From: Chlorokybus atmophyticus
Taxonomy: Eukaryota > Plantae > Mesostigma and Chlorokybus algae
Length of the DNA: 31,694 nucleotides
Reading direction: 5' to 3'
NCBI GenBank assembly: GCA_009103225.1
Contig: RHPI01001116.1
Span: forward strand, 482,463 to 514,156
Below the pieces are notes generated by a model that had not been told where the DNA came from, made no database searches, and worked only from the letters and a program-made list of their open reading frames with translations. A program made the translations under genes and the position numbers. Below are positions 1-12,384 of the stretch, piece after piece. Each line of letters opens with the position of its first letter. Within the stretch, counting starts at the first letter, position 1.

Positions 1-978
1 GGGGATTTATACATGTAAGGTTTGGGAGCACGGCGTAGTGCGCGGGTCGTTGGGTGGTTTGATGGCATGGTTCAAGAATTTGGATGTCTTGTGGAAGGAT
101 AATGTTGCGATCAAGCTCCGCACACAGTGGTCACAATAGCGGCATGAGGAAGTTTATTGATAGGTGTTGTGCGGGATTATAAGTTGCAGACTGCTACCAC
201 AAGCACGTCGCTGTGGTCGTCAAGTTGGTTGCAGGGTTGCTTGAGCCTGCTGCCTTGCCCACATATCAACAGAACGTAGCGCACTTGGTGGTAAGCGAGT
301 TGAAGGGCCCAAACGTTGCTTCTTTTTTGCAACACATGCGTGCTTGCGAGGTCTGCTTGCTTTGGAGTATGCGGGTATGCTATGCAGCTGTGTGCTGCGT
401 GCCATCAAAAGCATGAGCAGTCATGGTGATGCATGTTACCAAGAAGTTGAGTGATGAGATGTACTCATCCCATATGTATTCATCCCATACAATGCACAAA
501 CAATGTGAAACGGAAATGCACATGCTGCCTGAGCTATAGCACAAGTAGAGTCCTTGGGTCTGTATGCCGTTGGTGTAAACAACTCTGCCTTGGCCCCCGC
601 CTAATTGTTTGCCTTGTATTATGCTACTTGGACTGGCTTGAGCTTGCGCGCTTGCAACTAGCATACACATTCTTTGAGTGTGCCTAGCGCAACTCTTGTG
701 ATCTATGCATAGTGGCATGCACAGTCAGCTGCGCACATACACACCGTCTTGTTTCCTTCATGGTATGTTCTTATGATGCGGTTTCGTCAAGTTGAGCGCA
801 CAACTTACAGGTATAGTGCAATTCGTATACTTGGTTCAAGTCATTCCCATTTAGCATTGCATGTAGTTAGTTGCCATGTCAACATGTTCCAAACCCTGCG
901 TAATTTATTACAAATGAAATGGCTACAAGATAAATAACAATGGACTACATACAAATGAGAGGTGTGAGCGGAAATGTA

Positions 979-1110
979 CCGTATGTAACCGGATAGAAGC
1001 CCCCCAAAAGAAGCCCCCTCAATGGACTGCGTTGAAATAAACGTGATCCTTCCTTAATAGAGGGGTGGGGGGCTTCTGTAAAAAGGGGGGGCTTCTATCC
1101 CGGCAGACGG
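979..1110. mobile_element. 132-bp MITE, Tc1/mariner (pogo/Tigger-like) type
   Basis: TA at 977-978 and 1111-1112 flanks imperfect TIRs: left CCGTATGTAACCGGATAGAAGCCCCCC, right (reverse complement) CCGTCTGCCGGGATAGAAGCCCCCCC. A second AGAAGCCCCC copy sits inside each arm. TA|CCGT termini are typical of pogo-like elements. Confidence 0.75.
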
Positions 1111-1525
1111 TAACCATGGTCTTTGCTGAAGCGTGTCATCGTTGCTCAACGGGCCCCCATTGAGCAACCATGGGGTCAATGGCTGACAAAGCAAAGCAAA
1201 GGTGGAGCTGTTGCTGCATGTTTTTTGAAGGCCCAGATGATGTGTACGTACCAAAGCTGACGTGGCCGCGTGTTTTCTCTAAACACGGAACCGCACCCTC
1301 CGTCGCAACTGGACAGCCTAAACATCGCCAAACAGCCGTCAACCGTCTCAACTCAAACGCGTTCTCCACGCAGTCATTCGGTGCTTTCTCGCTGGGATGC
1401 AACAGCCGTTTGACCTGCCGTTAATGTCCGCATGAGCAGCCTTCTTCAGATCGCAGCGGCGCAGGCGCGGGCGGAGGCGGCAACGGCGGTCGAGGTGGCG
1501 GCAGGGCGAGTGCTGGTGGCAGGCT

Positions 1526-3024
1526 ATGCTGCAGGAGGGCTCATCGTTGAGCGTGTTCGTGAGGCCGTGTGCTGGAGAAGTTGATTTGCTGGTGCGTTGA
1601 GTGAGCAAGAAAGCGGGCGGAAACCCTAGCGGAGGCCCTCCCGATGTTGTTGAAGCTGGGGTGAGGAAGAAGCGCTTGGCTGCCTAGCTTGGGGTGTTGT
1701 TGGGCAGGGCTTTGTTTCTGGATGGATATCAAGGTCTCTCGTGCTGGCGGTGGGAGCGTGAGCATTGGGTCCGACGCGTCTGATCCGCACAAGCTCAGCA
1801 CACCAGAAACAAACATAGGTTGGTATGTTTGTGGTTGCTCATAAATTCCAAACAATAGAGTTTCAGCCAGCTCGCGCAGCAGCCTGCCTTGCATAGCACA
1901 TGCAGACAGCGATTGTGGCAGCATGCATGCGTGCTGCCGCAGTGTGCCTCTTCTGGAGTTATACGCATGTCTCGTTAATAACCTCTGTAGCTGCTTAGTA
2001 CCGTTTCTTTGCAGAACAACCTGCGTGCAGGTGTGACTGCATACGTTGGTTCGTGCACACCTTTCGCAGTGTCGTGTCGAGTTAAAGTAGTTCAGCGCTG
2101 GACACACATTGGCTGTTGCGTTGTAGTAATGTCCTTGTTTTCACCCGGGCAGCCAGCTCTGCAAGTATCTGTTGATCAAAGGTTATATCTGGTCAGTGTC
2201 TGCCTGTTCAACACAGTCGCTCCACATGCACTCTAGTGACGCTCACAGTTGCAGGTGGGCTGATAAATGCAGACCTGAAGGCAGCTGCCTGCATTGGTCA
2301 AACCTGCTGTTGTCATGTTGTTTACGCGTTGTTTCAACATTGTCGTCTCACATAGCTGGTAGTTTTCATGTAGTGGCTGGCCCATCAAGACAATAGCATC
2401 CCAGTTGCACGCTTGCAGGTCACATTGCAATTCATGCCATATGCTTGAACTTTGCATGTTGTGTTCGCAGGTGGTTTAGGTGGGTTCTTCCCGGGGCAGT
2501 CCCTGCCGTCGTATTTGCCCTCCTTTTCATGGGGCAAGTCTATGCTGTCCACGATTAGCGATAAGGCGAGCACTATTAGCCTGAAAGGCATCCCCTCGGC
2601 CATCCCGCTCAAGCGGTCCATGAACACCAGCACGACAATCCCGGAGCAGGACCCTGATCGCCACACCTACCGCAAGTCGTCCTCCGGCACAATGAAGTGC
2701 AGCTTCTGCTACGACTACAACATGGTAAGCACTGGCAATACTGCATCAATGTGGTGAGTAGCGTGTTCCGTGCAGTGTTGAGCAAATGTATCATAAGAGA
2801 TTGCAATCTCCAACATGTGGCGTCAATAATTACCAGCAGCACAATGGTTGCAAGATTTGTATCTGTGCGCTGCCTGTCGGCGTTGTTTGCAGTAGTCTCC
2901 TTGTGTGACTGCCTTTGCGTAACAGTCATTGTTTCGTTTGCAGGGTGTGACTGAGGGGAAGTGTGCTGTCTGTGGCAATCGGAATCCAATATTTGCAACA
3001 TGGAGCAGTGAGGATGACGACTAG
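1526..3024 (+). CDS. Small multi-exon protein with C-terminal RanBP2-like zinc finger (5' end tentative)
   Basis: Phase-consistent exons 2015-2048, 2255-2296, 2471-2724 and 2944-3024 (TAG), all with GT-AG introns. The tentative first exon is 1526-1591. Splicing builds KCSFCYDYNM|GVTEGKCAVCGNRNP (C-x2-C-x3-N-x7-C-x2-C), close to the RanBP2 finger pattern. Confidence 0.55.
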
Positions 3025-6000
3025 CCTGTACCTAACATCTGTAGATAAGCTGAGTTTTCTGTACATAACCTAGAATTTTATGCGTAAGCATTTGTATCTG
3101 CCCCAAGGCTATGTGTAGTCTTTACTCTGACTGCAATGTGTGAGAGTGATTATTGACTATGGTAACTTATGGTGGTTGTCAGGCACTCGTGCAAAAAAAA
3201 AAAACACAACAAAAAAAAAACATCTCGTGCAGTGCCTATGCATGCCTGACAGGTTGGGGCTGTAGCGGCATCATAGGTTGGGTAGTTCAACCCGATGGTC
3301 GTGCTTGCACTGGCGTGAAGTGAGTGTCCGTTGTTTAGTGTAGCTAAATGGTGTGCAAAGCATGTGGAACATGTTCGATGCACCAGTTGCACGCCGCCCT
3401 TCTCGCAGAGGAGGACGCCGTCCTTGCTGGAACATGGTGAGGGGTTTGAGTTTGTTGCATGTGTACGTGCGCTAGCGCAGTAGCGTAGGTGTACATGTGT
3501 TGGTTAGGCATGGACACATTGCTGGACCCTTGCTCGTGTTTCTGTTTAATGTACAAGCAATGCTTGTACTTCTCGCATTGCGTACTAGTAACTTATGTGA
3601 TATGCTCTGTTGTTGTGTTGCTATGGGCTGATTGCTGTGCTTGGCTGTAACTTTGCACACATCGACGACGCAATAGCCACGAGAAGTTCGTGGCGCAGAG
3701 TGGTAGTGGAGGCGGCGAGGGTGTAGGGGAGGGAGGGAGAGCTCACGTCCGCTGTTGCTGTTGTCGCTATTGCTGCAGCAAGGCCGCTAATTAAGACACA
3801 TGCGCAGGTGATCAACAGGACCGCTGCCGTGCATGCATGCCTAATTGGTGTGATTGCTATGTAAGTTGTCTATGCATGTATGATACCGTATGCATGACCA
3901 ACAGGGAGGCAGTAGTAGTAGGAGTAGAGGTGGAATAGAAGGTAGGCTTAGCCCGCTGGTCGTACTTGCAGGTGCTTGTGGTTGGCTATGTACTGTGTGG
4001 TGTGAAAATGCATGCTTTTAATAGCCTCGTGCTTATCCTGTATATTTATATTTTGTGCCTATTTTGATATATTGGTACTCTTTATACATAGTACTCTCTT
4101 GCATGCAAGAAGTCAACATGACACATACATTGTTCTTTGAGGTGTTTGTCATCATTGTTGATGGTTATGTTTCGGTAGCCGGTAGGATTGTCACATCATG
4201 GTTGTCGTAATATGATGACCAACCATTCATCACATTCTCATGAAAAAAAGCAATGTGAGGATTGCTCTTGCTCACGTGAGCAAGGGCCAGTACTTGTTGT
4301 GCAGTCCACGGAGGGAGTGCTGTAATGCCAGAGTTGTTTAATAGCCTCCCACATGCCGAGGGAGATCCATGGCCACAAATTGTTGTGTGCAGTACATTGT
4401 GTAGGCATAGCCATTTATGTAGCAAATGGTGTTTATTATTTATCTTGGGTTTGAGCCTCAAACCGGGTAAAATTCTATAAAACGCTACATGTAAGTCTAT
4501 TCACTTGTACTCTAAATGTACAAATGAATGTTGGCTGCTTGTGTATCAAAGGATGCTAAAGTTGAGTACAAAGGTAGTGTTGCTGTGCTCAAGATTATGC
4601 ACATAATGGCGTCGTGTGCAAAAAATCATTTTGGTTACTTTCATATTCATACATCTATCATTGAGGTATGAGGTTGCAATGCTCATGAGAAGCATTGCAA
4701 TTTGTGCGTACATGCATGTACTTTTGTGATCTTAACGGCGATTACAGAGTGTTGCTGCCACCTTGCCACACACCGCATTGCATATGGATAGAGGGGTCTC
4801 TTATCATCAGCACGCACACACTCAAGCCATCGAGTAAAAAGCATAAGCATAAGCAAGTCGCACACAACAACTACAACCACTGGTTGTAGCACCTTTATTA
4901 AGGGGCTGGCGGGAGTGCAAGGGCCAGTGACGCAAGCAAAGCAGGCAGTTAGGGACGGTGGGGAGTAGCAGGCCTGGGTGTACCTGCATGCACATAGCGT
5001 AGTTGTAGCAAGTGGATTGGGGGATTTATTTATTTGTGCTGGGTCTGCCTTTGTTTGCCTATGTTGCTGCTTGCACACCATGCTTGCCAAGTTGAACTGC
5101 TTGATTTATGTATGACTTGTGGATTGACCTATATTCTATGTAAGCGTGTGTGGTATGTTTCATTATAATAATATCAATGCCTTATCAAAAAGTCGCGTAT
5201 ATTAGCACGTGAGTATGATCATGTTAGCTGTCATGCAATCTCGTTGAATCGTGTTTTCATGATAAACATGTCAATGCGTAATTTGTTACCTTATCACCAT
5301 AGCATTGTAATTGTATGCATGAACAATTGGATGAGCGAACCATAATGACATCTTGTATTGTTTGCTTGAAGACTTAACAATGAGATGGCAACTGTACGAT
5401 TTTTAGTACACTACGAAAAGTATTAAAAATCGGACTTTCTTGGCCATCAAGTTGCAAACTGTGTCGTATCGACCTATAATCGTGCCACATATGGTTTCAA
5501 GCAGAATGTAAAGGCTTACGCGAGAACATTAGCGTTTGGATTTCTGGGTCTATGATATACTACGCCCAAAGTCATACCAAAATAAAGGCACAGCATGACC
5601 CAGTGGGTAATCATGCAATACTCATGCTATATTAAGCATATCATGGCGACCAACCTTGCAATAGCATTAACACATGCTAGCAAACGCATGTTATACTCAC
5701 TTGCACGCACATACTAGGTTTGAAATGTTGTACAAGTGATAACATTATGACACATTGCGCAAGCGCATGCTGCGCACTTATAAGGATGTATGGAATTTTC
5801 AGGCCATGCTCATGTGCTAATGAGCCCAACAAGTAATTTCTTATAGATGTTTACGTCATAACGGATGCCTTCCAAGAAGGCTAATTTGTTGAAGGTCTAT
5901 TTCTATGGTAGCATGTTACTTGTGTTGCATCCAATCAGTGCTGAATGCAGTACAATTACCGGCTAGCCTTGTGTTAAATGAACTTCACCTTATTACACTG

Positions 6001-7167
6001 GCCTCACCAATACAACACTCAGTGTATCCAAGCATTGGAGTGCAAGGCTTGCTGTCCAAAACGTGGATATGTTGCAAAGAGTAGACACGCACCAACTTAA
6101 ACATGTGGTTGGGGATGAAACGCGTAAGATTTGCATATAATGTTAAAATATAAACAAATGTTTTAAAACAATATACAATTGTGACTCACAACCGTGTGTT
6201 GTTAAAAACACCTTGTTTTTTAAGTGACAATCTTAGTGCTCCCGAGATCAAACCTCTTATGCATATCGAGTTAGTAGCATACATACAGTGCAAGGCACAT
6301 ATGTGCTAGGCAAGTTTTGAAATACAAGTTGGTTGTGAGCCTTTTAGTTGTTACACAAACTGCTATGTGTACCAAACATGCAAGGTGGATAATGCACATG
6401 TTGTCCAGGCCATGCTCACTTGTGGGAGGTACTGCTGTGGGGCCCAGCATACTCACATGCACAACATTGCATATTTTCTACACTGCTGATTTTATTGCTA
6501 TTGCGCTTGTTGTGTTTGGACGTTTAACTTTTACTTTGTTATCTACGTAACTTATCCTACCATGCTATTTAATCATGTGTGTGTGCATTGACATCATTGT
6601 CCTGCCGCTGTCTTTGCCTAAGTAAGTTACACTCACATGGCGCACATCCACACCTGATGGGGATGGGTGTAGTGGTAGAGGTCACATTGCGCAGTTGTTT
6701 GCAGTGTATGGCAGAAGACGATGATAAAAATGATACATCCTAGTAATGTTGTATGCATTGCTGCGTGTTAAATCCAAGTCCAAACGCCCTATGCAGCATG
6801 CACCGTATTTTACATTCAATGAGAAGTTCGTCATTGATGCATGAGCACATCCCCATCGACTTTCATTTACACTAAACTCACATATTCCTTCCACATTTAA
6901 ACTACCACTAAAGTTCACAGATTTATGAAAGAAGCGCTTGCCAAACAAGTTCCCACGACCTTGCTCAATAGCAGCATCATCAGATCATAAGTGCTGCCTA
7001 TGAACAGCACAACCTTCGAACATGACAACCTTTTCTGCACAGTTGCGAGACTTCACGATTGTACTGCTGCTTTACCACCCTAGCTACTTGCCGCCACCAT
7101 GTATTGCGGCCACCATGTAACAGATTGTGTACAATCACTGCTGCACCGAGCAATGACTACAGGCGCA

Positions 7168-9297
7168 TTACGCATCAGCCAGCTGGGTGTAAACTTCTGT
7201 CATGGTAGATGCACCACCCATGCCTGCCATGCCGGCATCCTCAGCAAAGGTGGTCAGCATGGGAAAATCACCGTCGTCACGTGGGGGACCATGGGGGCCA
7301 TCAGGACCATGAGGGCCATGAGGACCATGGGGGCCGTGAGGACCATGGGGGCCGTGAGGACCATGCGGCGGGGGCGGTCCAGATGGACAAACCTGCGCAA
7401 GCATGTGGCGATGCTCCAGAAGACACTGCACAAACATTATTGTAAAGGTCAGACTGTACTGCCAGCGGTTGTGTGGGTGGGTAATGTACAACATGTAAGC
7501 TTAGACCTGTGCGCCTGTTTGCAATGTTGTTTACGCAACAGACAATGGATTGGCAGGCACACAGGTACGTACCACAAGGAAGGCGGGGCGGCTTTCATCG
7601 AGGGTCTTGGCACAGAAGTAAGCAGAAGTCACGCCACAGTCGAACGCCTCTGCTTGCACTTTGGCCACCTGACAAGCCTGCCACATAGTAAAGTCAATAC
7701 AAGTTAGCACCTTACATGACTGCAACTGGACAGCTGGTGCTGTTGGTCCAAGCTGAAGAATTGCATACCCCGCTGGCAACTGTCTTGAAACAGGCGCGCT
7801 TGGCGAAGAATGGCACTTTCTCGCAAAAGCCTGTCAGTGCTGTTGCGCATTTCAAGTCCTCAAACAGGAGATGACGCTGAAGATCTCCTTCAGTTGCATT
7901 CCTGTGGCAGATTGTGTTTCAGTGCACTAGGGCAGACAGGCGGCAAATTGCATGGCCCACATACATAGTGGCTTGCATAATGCTGCTTACTTCTTGCATG
8001 CACACCACGTTGGTGCATGCCATGCATGCTGCAGTTTCAACCAATCTCATATCTAGATCGTGTACCTGGGAGGGCAAACTTTCTCAAGCTCTTTCTTGTG
8101 ACTGTCCAGGCAGTCATGGAACTCTTCATCGTGATGAGACTTAGGCAGACCACAGAGCTCAGCGACCTCGTGACCGCAAGCGAAGGCCTGCCTCTGTAGC
8201 ATGACGCCCTTGCAGACCTGCATGACAATATATCATGAAGCAAATGGCAAGATTAAAATCACACGAATAAGTGCGGACAGAGCTGGCGGGTAAAGACAAA
8301 CAAAATACTGGCATACCGGCCTGAGCTTTTCCTTGTTCCTTTTGATGCAATCCATGGTCTTGTTGTCTATGGAGGCAAAGGAGGCCCAGCTGGCATCATT
8401 GGAATGGTTGTGCCCACGCTCTCCGCACAGCTTCTCCAGCTCAAATCCACAAGCAAAGTCCATTCTGTGTACCACAAGCAGGCGCCAGAGTTACCAACAA
8501 CCATTGCCAATACCACGCGCACAAACAACAGGCACATGCACGCCTGTAAACACACGCACGCCTTTAGTACCTGAAAGGGCCTGGAGGGCCAGGCGGGCCA
8601 GGCGGGCCATGAGGGCAGTCGTAGAGGGCTTGGCTCAGGGTGTCCAAATCACGCATGAAGCCCGGAGGCGAGTCATCATTGCCAGGAAGGCTTCCAGCGA
8701 AGCCACCACCACTGACGACGTCGATGTTGTCACCATCAAATACAGAGTCCCATGTCGCCGCAACCTTCAACATTGCACGGATCAAGGTTTCTCCATGCAT
8801 ATGCGCGAATGCTTGCAGCGAACACAACAAGCATAACTATTCAACAAAGCATGCTTGCTCACAAGTAGCGAAGGTGCATGCTTGCACGGCAGTCAGTGAG
8901 CAAGCTGTGCTTTGTCAAAATCCAACAATGCAGCACTGCTCACCTCGCGGGCGATGTCTAACTGCGGAGCCTCCAGGCCGGGGCGGAAGAAGCTGCAAGG
9001 AAGCAGCCACAGTCAGGGCAAACAAAGTTGGCAGTGCAAGGCCTGCCTTCCTAAGCTATCGAGGGCAAGATTGTCTTCTGTAACAGCTTGCCAGAAAGGG
9101 GGTAGTCACAATCAGTTCACACTGAATGGCATGCAGCAGCAGCAAGTACATATGTACGCATTGCTAACCGCCTAGAATCTCAACAGCAGCGGCTGAGCTA
9201 CTACTCACCAGCCACCGGCAGGGCTGAAGGTCAGAGCAGCAACGGCGACCACCGCAAGGCCGATGAGTGCCACGACGCATGCCTTCTTCTTCCCCAT
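7168..9297 (-). CDS. 8-exon, 375-aa signal-anchored protein with four GLG1/Cys-rich-FGFR-like 4-Cys repeats and Gly-Pro-X (collagen-like) segments
   Basis: Exons 9297-9209, 8992-8944, 8764-8571, 8464-8317, 8217-8066, 7901-7769, 7677-7573 and 7425-7168 join in phase without stops (the exon 3 acceptor is an AAG and less certain). N-terminus is MGKKKACVVALIGLAVVAVAALTF. Repeats read C-x7-C...C-x11-C (e.g. CGHEVAELC...CLDSHKKELEKVC); two of them are completed only by splicing. Confidence 0.8.
7284..7365 (-). repeat. 9-bp coding tandem repeat encoding (GPH)n
   Basis: Plus-strand units such as GGACCATGG/GGGCCATGA/GGGCCGTGA read HGPHGPHGPHGPHGPHGPHGPDGPHGPP in the last exon of the Cys-rich gene. 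Confidence 0.9.
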
Positions 9298-10055
9298 AGC
9301 TGTAAGCACGGCGCAGCCAAGCGCAAACAATCAAGCAAACCAACTGGGCACGACTACAGGTAGCCTTGTTGCTGGGTTATGTGCATCAACTCATGTGACA
9401 AAGTTTGCTTTGAGACTGCAGTGTGGGGTTCGTTCGTGTTCGTCGCCACTGCCCAACGTGCGTTTACGTGATTACTTACGCACTGCTGCGCAAGTGGTTC
9501 AGGCAATGCGCAGTGCTATGCGTCCGTAACGTAAACTTTGCTTTCGTTATTGCTGGTGCTGGTGTCAGAACTGGTCATGTACTGGGGTTTGTTGACGTGG
9601 CTATCAGCTTTTGACACGTGTACAACTTATGCGAGGAGTACGGCAGTCATGATTTCGATTGTCTGGTACAATCGCATTTGTACAACTTGTACTGTATGTG
9701 TACCAGTGGTACTGTACGGGGCTGTCTGACCCTTCAAATTCTGCCAGCAGGTTGGGGTTGGGGATCCCTAATTGAGGGATCCACATGTTGTGACAGCAAC
9801 TGGCACTTGCACATCGATGTGATGTCACCAAGAAACAAAATGTCACCAAGAATGATCATTATATACATAATCAATTGCACTTTTTGGTAATTGCATGTGC
9901 AGTAGTTTGGTACATTGTTGTTATGTTCGTGTGTTCGCACTTTGCTTCACAGGTGAGAGGACGAGCCTGTCATCCTTAATCACAAAGCGGTCCGCTTAGA
10001 CAAAAATGACATCTTTCCTACCTGCAGAACCTAGGCCAAGCACATGAGTTCTTTC

Positions 10056-11022
10056 AGCTGTTGACCATGTTGGATGACGCAATATCTACGTGTAATCAAT
10101 TAGCGTTAAATGGTAGAGTGGATAAGTTAAAACGAGGTTGAGTGGTGGCGGCATGTCTTTGGGGTATGGGGCCTGCCCCGACCTCGTACCGCAAAAAATG
10201 GCGGCCGTTTTAACCACTAACAGTGCTGCAATTGCACTGAATCGCTAGCAACTTTGGGTCGCCGTTGGCAAGCAGTTGCCGCCGAGATAGTTTTCAGCAT
10301 CTTTTATGCATCTTTGCAATGACTGGTCAGTCTGCTGCCATTTTCAGCAACGGCTGTTGTCACCTTTGCGATCCCATTTTATTAAATTCATGCGTGACCA
10401 AATGGTGGCCTAACGACGCGATTCTTTGTTTAGTAACGTCAAGGTAACTCAGGTTAGCATTATTTTAATGGTACTAACCTTGGCATTTTTTACTGAAAAT
10501 CTTAGCACGTACCGTGGCGTGAACGTTACGTTGAATACTAACACGTAACTGCAGGTTGCTAGCCATAATGCACCATTCTTGACCATTAGGTAGCGTTAGA
10601 TATCGTCCATTGCGCTCAATCAGCGTAATCTCAATCCAGTACAACGCCCTCTTTCACATAGAGTGCCCCCCCCAAATACAATTACCCCCATAAATTTTGA
10701 GGGGGCAATATGTTGGAAGGGGGGCACTGTGAACGGGTAAATACGGTATGCATAATTTACCACCATAAGTGTCCATGTGCACACCGTTTGTGCTCGTACT
10801 GTGTTTTATCAGCAAGTATGAGCAATATTGTGATGTTGGGATGTGCTCTGGACGGCCAAGATGTAGATCCAACGGCTTGAGATTGGTAGTCGCCGCCCAG
10901 CCAATGGGCGGCAGGCGGGACGCATACAGCCGCGCAGCCCGCCAGTTGCGGGTGCCTATGTGTGATGGGCCAATGATGGCCGTGTGGGGATACATGTGTG
11001 ATGTGCCGGCCGGCCCGACCAA
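10056..11022 (+). repeat. Dispersed ~1-kb non-coding repeat, copy A (inverted relative to 29005-29843)
   Basis: Collinear by eye with the reverse complement of 29005-29843, from GCTGTTGACCATG to GCCGGCCGGCCCGACCAA, with many substitutions and indels. Interrupted by a small MITE absent from the other copy. Confidence 0.85.
10642..10746. mobile_element. Degenerate pogo-like MITE nested in repeat copy A
   Basis: The right end reads TA|CCGTATTTACCCGTTCACAGTGCCCCC on the reverse strand. The left end after TA(10640-41) retains TTCAC..AGTGCCCCC. The segment is missing from copy B. Confidence 0.5.
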
Positions 11023-11433
11023 ACAGCCGCACCACTCGTTGTACGTTAAAGACATCCAACAACCCCATTTGATAAACAAGTTGGATCACCTATTCACAAC
11101 GCCATATAACACGTCACCCTTGCCTTTTCATTGCACAAGCTCGCTGCAACTCTCCATGTGCAACCTGCAGCAGAGAAGGCTATCACTGTAGCGAGATCTA
11201 TCCCAATCATCATTAAAAAATAATAGTGATGATGACAAACTCTGTCGCAGCGCAGAATCAGGCATAAACAAGTCATGGCTTACAAAAAAATCGGACTGTT
11301 TGCAATGAACTTACATTTACAGCACTCAGTACGCGCACTGGACTCACGCTGAACGCTTTGGTTTGCACACGCTCGTTGCCATTCCATTAGCGCAGCCTCT
11401 TCTAGCGGCATCTCCTGCTGAGACGAGCATTAG

Positions 11434-11594
11434 CACACAGAGTCTCCACAGTGTTCAATCTTGTTACTGACTATTGTCTCATTAGTTGCACGCAGCCAAT
11501 GAGGGGTAAATAGTTGGCTGGGTATGTTGGGCACAATGGATTGCATTGATTGGAATGCGTTCCTCTGCGGTAGCATGCGCTACAAGTCTGCCCA
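11434..11594. repeat. DIRS split repeat B (terminal copy)
   Basis: Direct repeat of 12045-12205; 9 differences, 8 of them transitions. Confidence 0.95.
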
Positions 11595-11961
11595 GCTGCA
11601 ACCCAGTTGGTGAAAGACAGTGAAATCGTGCGGTGCTCAAGACAACGTGTCCGCACCGTCCAATTCACCAACACGCGAAATTGTCAAGGCCGTCCACAAC
11701 AAGCTGTTGGATCTAGCAACAGATTGCGCTCGACCTCGATATATGTCAGATCGCGATCGCGAAAACACCGGTGTATACAGTGTGAGGGAATCAGGGTGGG
11801 TGGGATACGACACTGTTCACACGCCGGTGCTTGCCGCCGCCTCCGCCGATAGCCTTAGCGACAGGCACATGGATGGCGGGGCCATACGGCGGTTGTGGTC
11901 AACGTGTGCGCACAACGAGCTTGTGCGCACAAGGTGCTCAGCGATGGCTGGCGCACAAGGG

Positions 11962-12205
11962 GTGCGATACGGCAGGTAAATCCTCTACGGCATTAAATGT
12001 ATGCCCAGAGCCAGCCAATTGCATAGCAACTCTGTATGAAAGAACACACAGAGTCTTCACGGTGTTCAATCTTGTTACAGACTATTGTCTCATTGGTTGC
12101 ACGCAGCCAATGAGGGGCAAACAGCTGGCTGGGTATGTTGGGCACAATGGATTGCATTGATTGAAATGCATTCCTCTGCGGTAGCATGCGCTACAAGTCT
12201 GCCCA
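11962..12205. repeat. DIRS internal A+B junction (overlapping at CACACAGAG, 12045-12053)
   Basis: 11962-12053 matches 15611-15702, and 12045-12205 matches 11434-11594. Confidence 0.95.
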
Positions 12206-12384
12206 ACTTCACTTACATGCTTGAACAGAGCAAGCATGCTAACAGATGCCCAACATACTTGCAGTTTCGCACAAGAACTGCAAAGGCAAGCAGTGCAAGA
12301 GAACTGGCGAGCATTGCAATAAGCAGCACCCGCGTGGGATGTCAACACTGCACAAGCTCGCGATGAAGCAAAAGTTGCATTTAA

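Noticed and set aside
3340-3700. PHD-finger remnant (CSSKDGVLLCEKGGVQLVHRTC) on minus strand
   Set aside because: Key cysteines are missing and no consistent exon structure was found.
6680-9200. Cys/His-rich ORF fragments first suggested a KDZ/CxC transposase
   Set aside because: The fragments from 7168-9297 splice into a coherent Cys-repeat host gene, and no transposase catalytic motifs were seen.
9822-9852. ATGTCACCAAGAA direct repeat
   Set aside because: A simple 18-bp local tandem duplication with no further structure.
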